From Antedon mediterranea (taxonomy: Eukaryota; Animalia; Echinodermata), in contig NC_092673.1 in the NCBI RefSeq assembly GCF_964355755.1, forward strand, positions 15,162,948 through 15,226,947: a stretch of 64,000 nt of DNA. Reading direction: 5' to 3'. The notes under the pieces are model-generated. The model did no database searches. It worked only from the letters and a program-made list of their open reading frames with translations, and was not told the origin of the DNA. Each line of letters starts with the position of its first letter. The stretch's first letter is position 1. The translations under genes and the position numbers were made by a program. Below are positions 12,801 through 24,445 of this stretch, piece after piece.

Positions 12801-15800
12801 ATTGTTATTTAGTTATACACCTACACAATGTGGCAGATCCAAAGGGGGAATGGGAGGGGGATTGTTATTTAGTTATACACCTACACAATGTGACAGATCC
12901 AAAGGGGGAATGGGAGGGGATTGTTATTTAGTTATACACCTACACAATGTGGCAGATCCAAAGGGGGAATGGGAGGGGGATTGTTATTTAGTTATACACC
13001 TACACAATGTGGCAGATCCAAAGGGGGAATGGGAGGGGGATTGTTATTTAGTTATACACCTACACAATGTGGCAGATCCAAAGGGGGAATGGGAGGGTGA
13101 TTGTTATTTAGTTATACACCTACACAATGTGGCAGATCCAAAGGGGGAATGGGAGGGTGATTGTTATTTAGTTATACACCTACACAATGTGGCAGATCCA
13201 AAGGGGGAATGGGAGGGTTTTTTTTTATTTAGTTATACACCTACACAATGTGGCAGATCCAAAGTTGGAATGGGAGGGTGATTGTTATTTAGTTATACAT
13301 CTACACAATGTGGCAGATCCAAAAGGGGAATGGGAGGGGGATTGTTATTTAGTTATACATCTACACAATGTGGCAGATCCAAAGGGGGAATGGGAGGGTG
13401 ATTGTTATTTAGTTATACATCTACACAATGACAGTGGCAGATCCAAAGGGGGAATGGGAGGGGGATTGTTATTTAGTTATACATCTACACAATGTGGCAG
13501 ATCCAAAGGGGGAATGGGAGGGGGATTGTTATTTAGTTATACATCTACACAATGTGGCAGATCCAAAAGGGGAATGGGAGGGGGATTGTTATTTAGTTAT
13601 ACATCTACACAATGTGGCAGATCCAAAGGGGGAATGGGAGGGGGATTGTTATTTAGTTATACATCTACACAATGTGGCAGATCCAAAGGGGGAATGGGAG
13701 GGGGATTGTTATTTAGTTATACATCTACACAATGTGGCAGATCCAAAGGGGGAATGGGAGTGGGATTGTTATTTAGTTATACATCTACACAATGTGGCAG
13801 ATCCAAAGGGGGAATGGGAGGGGGATTGTTATTTAGTTATACACCTACACAATGTGGCAGATCCCAAGGGGGAATGGGAGGGGATTGTTATTTAGTTATA
13901 CATCTACACAATGTGGCAGATCCCAAGGGGGAATAGGAGGGTGATTGTTATTTAGTTATACATCTACACAATGTGGCAGATCCAAAGGGGGAATGGGAGG
14001 GTTTTTTTTTATTTAGTTATACACCTACACAATGTGGCAGATCCAAAGGGGGAATGGGAGGGTGATTGTTATTTAGTTATACATCTACACAATGTGGCAG
14101 ATCCAAAAGGGGAATGGGAGGGGGATTGTTATTTAGTTATACATCTACACAATGTGGCAGATCCAAAAGGGGAATGGGAGGGGATTGTTATTTAGTTATA
14201 CATCTACACAATGTGGCAGATCCAAAGGGGGAATGGGAGGGGGATTGTTATTTAGTTATACACCTACACAATGTGACAGATTCAAAGGGGGAATGGGAGG
14301 GGGATTGTTATTTAGTTATACATCTACACAATGTGGCAGATCCAAAGGGGGAATGGGAGGGGATTGTTATTTAGTTATACATCTACACAATGTGGCAGAT
14401 GTGAAGGGGGGAATGGGAGGGGGATTGTTATTTAGTTATACATCTACACAATGTGGCAGATTCAAAGGGGGAATGGGAGGGGGATTGTTATTTAGTTATA
14501 CATCTACACAATGTGGCAGATCCAAAGGGGGAATGGGAGGGGGATTGTTATTTAGTTATACACCTACACAATGTGGCAGATCCAAAGGGGGAATGGGAGG
14601 GGAGGGTGATTGTTATTTAGTTATACATCTACACAATGTGGCAGATCCAAAGGGGGAATGGGAGGGGGATTGTTTTTTAGTTATACATCTACACAATGTG
14701 GCAGATGTGAAGGGGGAATGGGAGGGGGATTGTTATTTAGTTATACATCTACACAATGTGGCAGATCCAAAGGGGGAATGGGAGGGTGATTGTTATTTAG
14801 TTATACACCTACACAATGTGGCAGATCCAAAGGGGGAATGGGAGGGGGATTGTTATTTAGTTATACACCTACACAATGTGGCAGATCCAAAGGGGGAATG
14901 GTAGGGGGATTGTTATTTAGTTATACATCTACACAATGTGGCAGATCCAAAGGGGGAATGGGAGGGTGATTGTTATTTAGTTATACACCTACACAATGTG
15001 GCAGATCCAAAGGGGGAATGGGAGGGGGATTGTTATTTAGTTATACATCTACACAATGTGGCAGATCCAAAGGGGGAATGGGAGGGTGATTGTTATTTAG
15101 TTATCTACACAATGTGGCAGATCTGAAGGGGGTATGGGAAGGAGATTGTTATTTAGTTATATACCTACACAATATGGCAGATCCAACGTCAGCTAACTCG
15201 AGCCCAGCCCCAATTTAAATTGACAATGCATGAAGATTTTAAGAAACCACACATCCACTCTTCTTAATCGTAAACTCAGTTTCAATACTTACCAAGGCTT
15301 AAATCACAAAAAAAACTACTATTTTTAGCATCAGTAACAATATATTCACTGAAAACTACAGATATCAACTGTAATCCACTCTTGAGCTCTGTCTACATCA
15401 TCAAACTTGATGTGACAAAAAGATGTGATGTGCCCATATAGACATGATGTCATATCACTACCATATTTAAGCATATCACTACCATATTTGGGCACATCAC
15501 ATTTATTTTGTCAAATTAGTTTGATAGTGTAGACAGGGCTTTAGTTTTAATACCTAATATTGTTTTCTTTTCTTCTTGTTTAACAGGAAGTGTCCTCATA
15601 CAGTGATCGTGTCCTTGGTTATGCTGAACAGTATGTCAACTATGTTAATGATCAGGTCTGATATGATCACATTTTCATTTCCATGCCAAATATAATTTTT
15701 TTTTAATTGACCTCTCAAACACTATATGATAAATTGGTGCGATATGTCTTACTGCTGAGTGTACACTTGTACAGTTCAACAGTATTCAAGTGCATCAGGG

Positions 15801-18800
15801 TATAGGCATGTGATACAATAAGTATCCATGAAGTTTGATGATGAATGAGTATACTTGCCGTGCCGTAACGCAAAGGCCCGAGGCCCCTTGTTTAGGAAGA
15901 CTTAGTTGCCCTAAAACGCTAGAGGCCTTGGCTATTTTTGACATATTTTAATGCCTTATTTTTCCTCCGATCCCTGCTCAAGTGCCTCATAAGCTCTGGC
16001 AGTAAACGTGTTCAATGGAAAGATACAAGTTCTAATACACAAATTTTTAATAATTATGTAAAGAAGTGGTGATCATGGAGAACAGCATAAAAAGAACTTA
16101 TTTTTTGGTTATTTCTTTTCAGGTCCAGACTGAGGTTGGACGATGTAAACCTTTGTACAGTTTTTATGAAGATTCTGTGAATTTAATTTGTGTGTCTTTG
16201 ATACAGTCATGGGTAGGTACAATGATCTTGTGTATGCCACTATATTGAGTACAGTAGGTGTCTTTAGTGTTCATGAATTTGGTCGATCACATGTGTTAGT
16301 TACTTTGCAGGATTTTTTTTTTTATTGCCAGATCTTTATCAAATTGAAACCACTGATAGATATGTGGTAACGGACTACTCCATTAAATTTTAAAGGCAAT
16401 CCGGACTAGGATCCCAATTCTGGACCACCTTTTATTATTATTTTGCTTATTTATGACCCATTGTCATTTTCCATCAAAACATGTGTTGAACTAGATTCAC
16501 AGTCCAAAAAATTAGAATATAAAATATTAATAATAATAAAATATTAAAAAAAATAATAATGATGATGAAAAAAAATCCTCAGCACAAATTGGACCAGGAA
16601 TCTCAACTGTGAATAGCTAAATACATAAACCTTGCACCAAACTCACATTCACAATAGTGAAATTTGCCTAATCATACACAGCATTCCCTTTCACTGTGTA
16701 TACCCGGTACTACTGGGTATATACCCGTACTGACGTGGGTATAAGCCCACCCTCCTTGAACATGAAATCACGTCAAGTTTGGGGGGTGGGCTTATACCCA
16801 AGGATAAAAAAATGCAGATCGTCAAAAACAGCACATGTACTGTGTATTTAATCATGGACATTCCTCCTCTGAAACCACCATGCGAGCACCCTCACTAATA
16901 CACGAGGTGTAGAGTGTCGGAAAATTGAGCTTATAGTTTGTGTAATTTATCGTAGAATATCTTATTTTAAACATCAATTGAACAAGAATTTATCAAGCAG
17001 AAAATCAAGTATACAATGTTCGTTAGATAGAAATGTACCAAAGAAATTTAATAAGCTTGTTTATGGCAGCCGATACCAAATAGGGGTTTTCCGTTTTGGC
17101 GACTTGTGATTCGAGCGTACTGTGTGAAGCGATCTTCGACCGTGATGGAGTGTAAACAAACAGGACCGCTAGGCCTCATATGGCCTAGCGTATATTACCC
17201 TAGCGTGTGATATTAGCGGATTACGGTCGAAGCGGCCGCCAACCAAAGCGGCCGCTAGTTTAATAACGGTAATTTGTATGGAACGCCGTGTGCGCTTTGA
17301 TTGTCGTTGTTTTGTCATTTTTGATTGTCATTGTTTCGATCGTCAGGTTTTCTTTTCCTCGGACGTAAATAACAACTTACATTATTAATATTATGTAATA
17401 TATTCTCTTTTTTGACAGATTGAATGTGATACCTTCTTTTAAACGAAATGGCGAATCGATGATTACTTACTTTAACTGTTCTAAATGATATATATGTTTA
17501 ATAAAGTCAATAAAAAACATTGTGGTGTTTTTATTGTATAATATATAATATGCCAATTATTAAGAATAATATATATATTTTTTCAATAAAATATATCAAA
17601 TCAAAATATATATATTTGTTATTGTATATTAATATATTAGTAAAGTAACTACTGTTAGTAGTACGTGTTCGCAAACATAATTTAATTACAATAACATGAT
17701 GACATCAATTTATTTATCTAATATCCTAAATTGTTTTATACCTTCAGATATATAAATATTGATCAATTTAAAATTAGTTTTAAATACTAAAATAAGACGC
17801 AAGTGCCTGTACGGTACGGTAATTAATTACGTGAATTTCTGCTAATAACTCGACTGGCGGCCGGCCAGGAATAGTGCTGTAGAAGGTCGCGTTTTCGTCT
17901 TCACGTTGCTTCATTGAAAACACAAACAATGTATTACAATGGAATAACACTTAAATGTATAACACACCCTATTACTAATAATAAAAACCAAGATTCGATA
18001 GTACAGTGTAAACGAGATATAAAAATTCGGCAATTACCGTACGTAACTTATTATTGCAATACTGTATAAAGATTCGATGTAAATGAGATATAAAGATTCG
18101 GCAATACCGTACGTAAATTATTATTGCAATACAGTACTGTATAAAGATTTGATGTAAATGAGATATAAAGATTCGGCAATACCGTACGTAAATTATTAAT
18201 GCAGTACTGTATAAAGATTCGATAGTATGTAAATGAGATATAAAGATTCGGCAATACCGTATGTAAATTATTAATGCAGTACTGTATAAAGATTCGATAG
18301 TATGTAAATGAGATATAAATATTCGGCAATACCGTACGTAAATTATTAATGCAATACTGTATAAAGACTCGATAGTATGTAAATGAGATATAAAGATTCG
18401 CCAATACCTTAATAGTACGTAAATTATTATTGCAATACTGTAAAAAGATTCTATGAGATACAAGGATTCAGCAATACCGTACGTAAATTATTAATGCAAT
18501 ACTGTATAAGGATTCGATAGTATGTAAATGAGATATAAATATTCGCCAATACCGTACGTAAATTATTATATTGCAATACTGTAAAAAGATTCGATAGTAT
18601 GTAAATGAGATATAAAGATTCGGCAATACCGTACGTAAATTATTATTGCAATACTGTATGAAGATTAGATAGTATGTAAATGAGATATAAATATTCGCCA
18701 ATACCGTACGTAAATTATTAATGCAATACTGTATAAAGATTCGATAGGAGAGTGCTCAAGAAACGTCGGGTCAAGAAGATAAAATATATAATAATAATAT

Positions 18801-20371
18801 ATAATGTAAATATATTTTTAGTTAGTTATTAATATTAAAATACAAATAAAATATACATTGATTTATCCGCAGGCAAACTTAATTATTATAGAAATATAAA
18901 GATTTGATAGTACATGATTTGGCTTATATTTATTGGTTTGACCATACACACAGCTGTAACTCAACTCGCCATAGGCCATGGCGTTGACAACGACAATCAA
19001 AGATTAAAGCGCACATGGCGTTCCATACAAATGACGATATTAAACTGGCGGCCGCTTTGGTTGGCGGCCGCTTCTACCATACTCCATATTAGCCTAGCTT
19101 GGTTATGATCAAAGGTAGGTGTATGCGGTGTATGGACGTCGCCAAATGCAAAAAATAATGTATTACAGCACACACTGTAGATCTTTGAATTAATGGGTGG
19201 GCTTATACCCGAGTGCCTCATTTTTCATGAAAATTAGTCAAAAGTCGGGGGTGGGCTTATACCCGCGTTAGTACGGTACAAATGTTATTGAACTGCGTAT
19301 ACCCGGTATTACCGTGTATGGGAAAAACAATGATTTAATCGTATTTGCCTATAATATATAGCACACACTATATTTTTTCGATAAACTTGAAGAAATTTGC
19401 AATTCATTACTATTTTTATATACTAACTATTTTTTATCACAACATGCGCCCTCTATATTGTTAATATCGATTTCAACTTGCGCCCTCTGGGGAATAGATA
19501 ACATAATATTTCATCCTCCAGTTGCCAAATTTTACCTATACCAATAGATCAATTCATCGTAATATGCACAACAAAAATTCTAAAATAATTGTTAGTTTTC
19601 TCTAACAGAGATTTTGTTGGAATATTTTATTTTTCAATGTTTTTTACCCAGAACTTTAATTTACGCATAATTTTCTTCTTTTTTTTATATTTTTATGTAT
19701 TATACATATATTCATCAATATCCAGAGGGAAACCTATATTCCATAAGAATTTCTTATAGAAAACATAGTTTTTATCATTGGATTGAAAAAACAGGAATTC
19801 AAAGATAATGACATCACAAGACGTCATTAATATGCAAATTAGCTGTAGACCGCAAAAATAATTACAAAATTATCTCATTTAGTATTTTTTTTGCAATTTA
19901 TTAAAATCATATTTTTTTCTTAAATAAATATTACGCACATGGTGGGACTAATGCTACGCAGTGAAAGGGTTAAGGCACAACAATTTTAAAGAAATATTTT
20001 CGGGGGGAAATTTTATGCGATACGGCAGTCAAACGTTCAATATACTACAGCTGTCAATCCTATACCGATATTTTCAAGCTGCCATTTAACCAGTTATTAA
20101 AAAATTTTTCCTGTTTCTGCTTCCAAGAAATTTAGTGTTAGTTCAAATGGTTATTTAACCGGTTATTTTTTCGCAGCAGAAACAGGACCTTAGTTATTGA
20201 TAATGCTGTAAATTCATATGTAGTTGTGGATTTTTTTTCGATTTTATTGTAGAACTCCCTTTGGTTTTGCATTGGTTGGTGCCTGTTCTTTATGTTGGCT
20301 GGCATTGTCTACTCCGTCAAGCTTGCCAAGTATTTCAGAAAAATGAAGTTTCCTGACGAAACTTATGATGA
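590..20371 (+). CDS. PROM1: Prominin-family pentaspan membrane glycoprotein, 3' part (5' exons lie before the window); spliced CDS
   Basis: Phase-compatible GT-AG exons 590-819, 1006-1132, 1502-1605, 1803-1887, 2390-2536, 3896-3994, 4232-4315, 9286-9339, 9504-9584, 15587-15655, 16123-16212, 20253-20371. Translation includes LGLSCGLLG..PTERGCISNCGG, GGPIDRLFCDP, VGRCKP..C and NSLWFCIGWC..VKLAKYFRKM, recalling prominin-1 (RGCVSNTGG, KLICEP, NLFWFGIG..VKLAKYYRRM). Symbol is family-level; orthology not shown. Confidence 0.9.
1006..1132 (+). CDS. Prominin exon (TM segment)
   Basis: ttatag|...|gtaact; GAALVFIFGTFLMILTTLPFIIGGPIDRLFCDPFQSGEVYKE. Confidence 0.9.
1502..1605 (+). CDS. Prominin exon
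   Basis: tttcag|...|gtatgc; TVDKKGAIPGVDGYFLSDRILNDSSIPLTITAIF. Confidence 0.85.
1803..1887 (+). CDS. Prominin exon
   Basis: ttacag|...|gtattg; ACEKNEAIYTAFKLEYLFNISEYLNYKE. Confidence 0.88.
2098..2238. mobile_element. ~150-bp MITE family A (TIR GCTCTGTCTACACTATCAAAC; Harbinger-like), copy 1
   Basis: Terminal inverted repeats; similar copies at 15384-15541, 20451-20595, 41927-42150, 44590-44722, 48357-48470. Confidence 0.75.
2390..2536 (+). CDS. Prominin exon
   Basis: ctccag|...|gtaagt; FMPDIDSQLENITGDFSNIDILS...FDEE. Confidence 0.85.
3132..3618. mobile_element. Non-autonomous piggyBac-like element
   Basis: TTAA|CACATTGACTGCCA ... TGGCAGTGAACGTG|TTAA: TIR with TTAA target-site duplication. 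Confidence 0.7.
3896..3994 (+). CDS. Prominin exon
   Basis: tgtag|...|gtaagt; 99 nt open, phase 0. Confidence 0.75.
4232..4315 (+). CDS. Prominin exon
   Basis: ttacag|...|gtaaga; SDAVALNTMAGYLTDLQSNFIDPMVAKR. Confidence 0.8.
4466..4511 (+). ncRNA. Minimal type I hammerhead ribozyme motif (Penelope-associated type)
   Basis: CUGACGA (4472-4478), stem II GAUCU/AGAUC with AAUA loop, GAAA, palindromic ACAGUACUGU stem III, GUC cleavage triplet (C4506), stem I CUGC/GCAG. Confidence 0.75.
4575..5362. repeat. 48-bp tandem array (with 65-bp variant units)
   Basis: Unit ttttgtatctccattgagatccagccactgatacccacagcattgtca, ~15 copies; a single inverted unit occurs at ~35897-35945. Confidence 0.95.
5400..6825 (-). 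mobile_element. Decayed Penelope-like retroelement (Neptune-type N-terminus and RT), truncated within the RT
   Basis: Frameshifted frames give RYRHH..FL..PKGL, FSRRLRLREYF, DIIIKPADKG, PGRFYFLPKIHK.GNPGRPII, SYIQDSTDF, LDVSSLYTN; (TA)n at both ends. Confidence 0.85.
6441..7449. repeat. Near-identical ~505-bp tandem duplication
   Basis: 6441-6945 repeated at 6946-7449. Confidence 0.92.
7340..8860 (-). mobile_element. Decayed LINE (L2/Crack/Daphne-like): ORF1 plus a short post-endonuclease ORF2 piece
   Basis: ORF1-like NELLCFL..IKDAKDLL..RRKGD..LPTFTAANLSKIP and KLYLG; then VNWNNV..LNCNYSSCKDECH; clade assignment from memory of such elements. Confidence 0.55.
9286..9339 (+). CDS. Prominin exon
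   Basis: ttacag|...|gtattg; NALITALDDLEDSTNQIE. Confidence 0.78.
9504..9584 (+). CDS. Prominin exon
   Basis: aatag|...|gtaagt; MNVNITLTEIEAAQNYIDSNIGSLIDR. Confidence 0.82.
10397..10648 (-). mobile_element. tRNA-derived SINE inside the minisatellite, copy 1
   Basis: Minus head gcctgatggttatgatgcttggctgccaatccaagggtcctgggttcaagtcc (A box, GCC-loop arm, B box), A-rich tail. Confidence 0.7.
12265..12516 (-). mobile_element. tRNA-derived SINE inside the minisatellite, copy 2
   Basis: Near-identical to 10397-10648, 1868 bp away, same position in the repeat unit. Confidence 0.7.
15384..15541. mobile_element. MITE family A copy
   Basis: gagctctgtctacatcatcaaac...gtttgatagtgtagacagggct. Confidence 0.75.
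15587..15655 (+). CDS. Prominin exon
   Basis: taacag|...|gtctga; EVSSYSDRVLGYAEQYVNYVNDQ. Confidence 0.85.
16123..16212 (+). CDS. Prominin exon
   Basis: tttcag|...|gtaggt; VQTEVGRCKPLYSFYEDSVNLICVSLIQSW. Confidence 0.88.
17224..19079. mobile_element. TA-flanked element with ~90-bp TIRs (inner layer)
   Basis: gaagcggccgccaaccaaagcggccgc..tttgtatggaacgcc..gtgcgctttgattgtcgttgt mirrored at ~18988-19079. Confidence 0.8.
17990..18747. repeat. ~67-bp tandem array inside the inner TIR element
   Basis: Unit gattcgatagtatgtaaatgagatataaagattcggcaataccgtacgtaaattattaatgcaatactgtataaa-like, ~11 copies. Confidence 0.9.
20253..20371 (+). CDS. Prominin exon (last TM segment and start of cytoplasmic tail)
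   Basis: ttgtag|...|gtaagt; NSLWFCIGWCLFFMLAGIVYSVKLAKYFRKMKFPDETYD. Confidence 0.92.
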
Positions 20372-20450
20372 GTAAGTTTGTTGTAAATAAGTATATTTAT
20401 ATATATTATAATGTATAGAAATAAAATGTGTTCAATCGTTTTCACTCATA

Positions 20451-20595
20451 AAGCTCTGTCTACACTATCAAACTTGTTTGACAAAAGAGGTGTACTGTAT
20501 GTGCCCAAATATGGTAGTGATATGACATCATCATGTCCATATATGAGCACATCACATTTTTTTGTTACAAAAATTTGATAGTGTAGACAGAGCTT
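20451..20595. mobile_element. MITE family A copy
   Basis: aagctctgtctacactatcaaac...tttgatagtgtagacagagctt. Confidence 0.8.
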
Positions 20596-20750
20596 AAGTC
20601 TACAAAAATAAAGAAGAAAAAAGAAGAAAAACAAAAGGAGTTTTAAAAAGCTTAGTGCCCAATTTCCAATAAGCACCAAAATATAAATTTTGTAACTATT
20701 GAATTATATCTATCTAATGTTCTTGTTCACTTACTTTTTTTGAATTATAG

Positions 20751-20779
20751 ATTGAGATCAGGAATGTTAATAAGAATGG
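20751..20779 (+). CDS. Candidate 29-nt prominin C-terminal mini-exon
   Basis: T-rich tract + tatag acceptor, gtaagt donor; vertebrate prominins have small alternative tail exons here. Confidence 0.55.
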
Positions 20780-21656
20780 GTAAGTCAATTTTAATTTTAT
20801 CTTGTAGTCTAAGCATGTCTATCACCAAAGTCTACTACTCTAAATGTTCTCTTTTTTTTCATTTTAATTTTGTTATCTTGAGGGATTGTGTAACCTGCTG
20901 ACCTTTACTTCACCGATAAAGGTCATTGCAGTGATGGTGACTTCTAAGTTTTGTCGTTTGTAGGGAGTTTTTTCAATTCGCAATGAGCTAGGACCTATAC
21001 ATACACATATTATGTATTTTGTTCTGAAATTAGAATCAAATAATGGGGTGAGATACTACATGCCAATGTTCCTGCATGTGCACAATCATTATGTAACCTA
21101 AGGCCTAAAGCCACAAAACCTATAGTCTTGGTAAAAAAAAGTGGGATATTTGTAACCCGATTTTCAAGCAAGAAACTAAAATTTCAAAGAAATATTAAAT
21201 AATCAAATTAAGAAAAACGCCTTATAAATTAAAATGTAGATTTATTCCTTTGACATCAAATTATCGGCGGAATTTACATAAAACCAATATTATTTGTTCA
21301 CAAGATAAAACATTAAAGTGTCCACAAAACTAAAAGTTCATATTATAATTGAGACTACAATTCCGACTTGAAAGGTTCCACAGTAAGAGTAAATGTTATC
21401 AACGAAATGTTCCGACCAATGGTGTAATAATTGCAATAATGATTCGTAAATCTCGAATGTAGTGTTTTCTCATCTAAGAAAAGAGCCAAAATATTTAAAA
21501 AAAAGTGACTTCCTTTAAATTGTTAGAAATGTATAGATGTTTCTTGTGAGCAGGCACAAGTGAAAGCACTAAGGTGCAGGATTGGTTAAAGCATAAAAAG
21601 CATAAATAAGCATAAATAAATTGTATCTTTAGCTAATTTTGCACAATAAACATTAG

Positions 21657-21987
21657 GTGTACATCCCCATTAGAACTTTTTGGTCAAAATCCTTATCAGA
21701 TAAATCAACTAAGCAGGTGATAAATTACCTGAATCCTATTTTACCCCTGTGATTTTATTAGCTCTCTTGTAATTGATTGATTAGGACAAGGTACATTCTT
21801 CAGTATTCAAGGTCAATGGTCAGGCAAAAACTAGCAAAATTCTGTGATGATCAAAAGGTTTAACGACCTGCCTATCAAAGTTGGACTTATATAAACACAT
21901 GTCACAGTAGGAGGTTAAGTGACATTTACCCGAAGTTTTGAAAAACTTCGGGTAAAAATGAACACATTCTCTAATGGGGCTGTACAC
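21657..21987. mobile_element. MITE with 18-bp TIR
   Basis: gtgtacatccccattaga ... tctaatggggctgtacac. Confidence 0.65.
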
Positions 21988-22290
21988 GTAATGAAGCATT
22001 TAATAAGCTCTTATATAACCTCTTTCCCCTTTTTTGCATAGCTTATGTTTTGCTTAAGCTTTAAAGCAGCTATGATGCGCTTTTTTAGCACTGCTAATGC
22101 TGTTTTTTCACTGCTTAAGCTATGTTTTGCTTTGCTAATGCTAATTTTGCTTTTTCATAGAAATTGCTATTGCTATTTTTAGCATTGCTATAGCTTTTTT
22201 TTGCAATGCTGCACATGCTCTTAACTGTTGTTGAGTATAAAAAACCATAAAAAAGAATATAGCATTTATATCTAGCTAATTTATGTGTTT

Positions 22291-23897
22291 AAGCTCTTAC
22301 AGCTTATGATGTGCTGATACTGCTAAATGCATTATGACATGCTGTGAAGTTTAGCTTAAGCTACTAAAACTGCTAATATATTACAACATTAAGCTCCTTA
22401 CAGCTTATGATGTGCTGATACTGCTTAATGCATTATGACATGCTGTGAAGTTTAGCTTAAGCTACTAAAACTGCTAATATATTACAACATTAAGCTCCTT
22501 ACAGCTTATGATGTGCTGATACTGCTTAATGCATTATGACATGCTGTGAAGTTTAGCTTAAGCTGCTGAAACTGCTAATATATTACAACATTAAGCTCCT
22601 TACAGCTTATGATGTGCTGATACTGCTTAATGCATTATGACATGCTGTGAAGTTTAGCTTAAGCTACTAAAACTGCTAATATATTACAACATTAAGCTCC
22701 TTACAGCTTATGATGTGCTGATACTGCTTAATGCATTATGACATGCTGTGAAGTTTAGCTTAAGCTGCTGAAACTGCTAATATATTACAACATTAAGCTC
22801 CTTACAGCTTATGATGTGCTGATACTGCTTAATGCATTATGACATGCTGTGAAGTTTAGCTTAAGCTACTAAAACTGCTAATATATTACAACATTAAGCT
22901 CCTTACAGCTTATGATGTGCTGATACTGCTTAATGCATTATGACATGCTGTGAAGTTTAGCTTAAGCTGCTGAAACTGCTAATATATTACAACATTAAGC
23001 TCCTTACAGCTTATGATGTGCTGATACTGCTTAATGCATTATGACATGCTGTGAAGTTTAGCTTAAGCTACTAAAACTGCTAATATATTACAACATTAAG
23101 CTCCTTACAGCTTATGATGTGCTGATACTGCTTAATGCATTATGACATGCTGTGAAGTTTAGCTTAAGCTACTAAAACTGCTAATATATTACAACATTAA
23201 GCTCCTTACAGCTTATGATGTGCTGATACTGCTTAATGCATTATGACATGCTGTGAAGTTTAGCTTAAGCTGCTGAAACTGCTAATATATTACAACATTA
23301 AGCTCCTTACAGCTTATGATGTGCTGATACTGCTTAATGCATTATGACATGCTGTGAAGTTTAGCTTAAGCTACTAAAACTGCTAATATATTACAACATT
23401 AAGCTCCTTACAGCTTATGATGTGCTGATACTGCTTAATGCATTATGACATGCTGTGAAGTTTAGCTTAAGCTGCTGAAACTGCTAATATATTACAACAT
23501 TAAGCTCCTTACAGCTTATGATGTGCTGATACTGCTTAATGCATTATGACATGCTGTGAAGTTTAGCTTAAGCTACTAAAACTGCTAATATATTACAACA
23601 TTAAGCTCCTTACAGCTTATGATGTGCTGATACTGCTTAATGCATTATGACATGCTGTGAAGTTTAGCTTAAGCTGCTGAAACTGCTAATAATATACAAC
23701 ATTAAGCTCCTTACAGCTTATGATGTGCTGATACTGCTTAATGCATTATGACATGCTGTAAAGTTTAGCTTAAGCTGCTGAAACTGCTAATACATTACAA
23801 CATTAAGCTCCTTACAGCTTATGATGTGCTGATACTGCTTAATGCATTATGACATGCTGTGAAGTTTAGCTTAAGCTGCTGAAACTGCTAATATATT
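22291..23897. repeat. 101-bp tandem array, ~16 highly similar copies
   Basis: aagctccttacagcttatgatgtgctg... recurs at 22391, 22492, 22593 and onward. Confidence 0.97.
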
Positions 23898-24445
23898 CTA
23901 AAATTCTATAAAGTGTTGATTAAGCTGCTAAAACTGCATTAAAATTAAAGATACAGGTCAGTAATACCATAACATATTTACCAATTTACACTAGGAAGAA
24001 GTTTTTAAATATAGGAAGGAGTTTTTATACTTAGGCCGGAGTTTTTATTATATTTAGGAAGGAGTTTTTATTTTAAAAAAGAGTTTAGGGATGACTTTGA
24101 TATATTTAGAATTATTTATAGGGTTAGGTTTTTATTATTTAGGAATAACTTGTATATGTTTAGGGACGACTTTTATATATTAAGGGACGACTTTTATATA
24201 TTTAGAATTATTATAATTATTTATAAGGTTAGGATTTTAATATTTAGGAAGGACTTTTATAAATTTAAGAAAGAGTTTTATATTTAAGGACGAGTTTTAT
24301 ATTTAGAAATGATATTTAGAATCATTATAATTATTTATAAGGTTAGGTTTTTAATATTTAGGAAGGAATTTTTCTTTCTTTGTTTCTTAAGTTATTTTAG
24401 CTTTAACTATTGTTACAGTAATATCTTGTTGTTTTCTACTATTAA

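Larger units (their letters stand above)
9617..15186. repeat. 60-bp G-rich minisatellite, roughly 85 units, in a prominin intron
   Basis: Unit ttagttatacayctacacaatgtggcagatccaaagggggaatgggagggggattgttat. Confidence 0.97.
16725..19276. mobile_element. TA-flanked TIR element, Tc1/mariner/pogo-like (middle layer)
   Basis: CCGTACTGACGTGGGTATAAGCCCACCC ... GGGTGGGCTTATACCCGCGTTAGTACGG|TA with subterminal repeats of GGGTGGGCTTATACCC. Confidence 0.7.
16686..19969. mobile_element. piggyBac-like non-autonomous element (outer layer of a nest)
   Basis: CCCTTTCACTGTGTA ... TACGCAGTGAAAGGG|TTAA; left TTAA is degenerate. Confidence 0.55.

Noticed and set aside
9638-15126. Many long ORFs with repeated VADPKGEWEGDCYLVIHLHN or GGMGGG peptides
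   Set aside because: Products of a 60-bp intronic satellite with frequent frameshifting indels; no gene structure.
17975-18701. Minus-strand ORFs of 77-162 aa
   Set aside because: Translation of the ~67-bp array.
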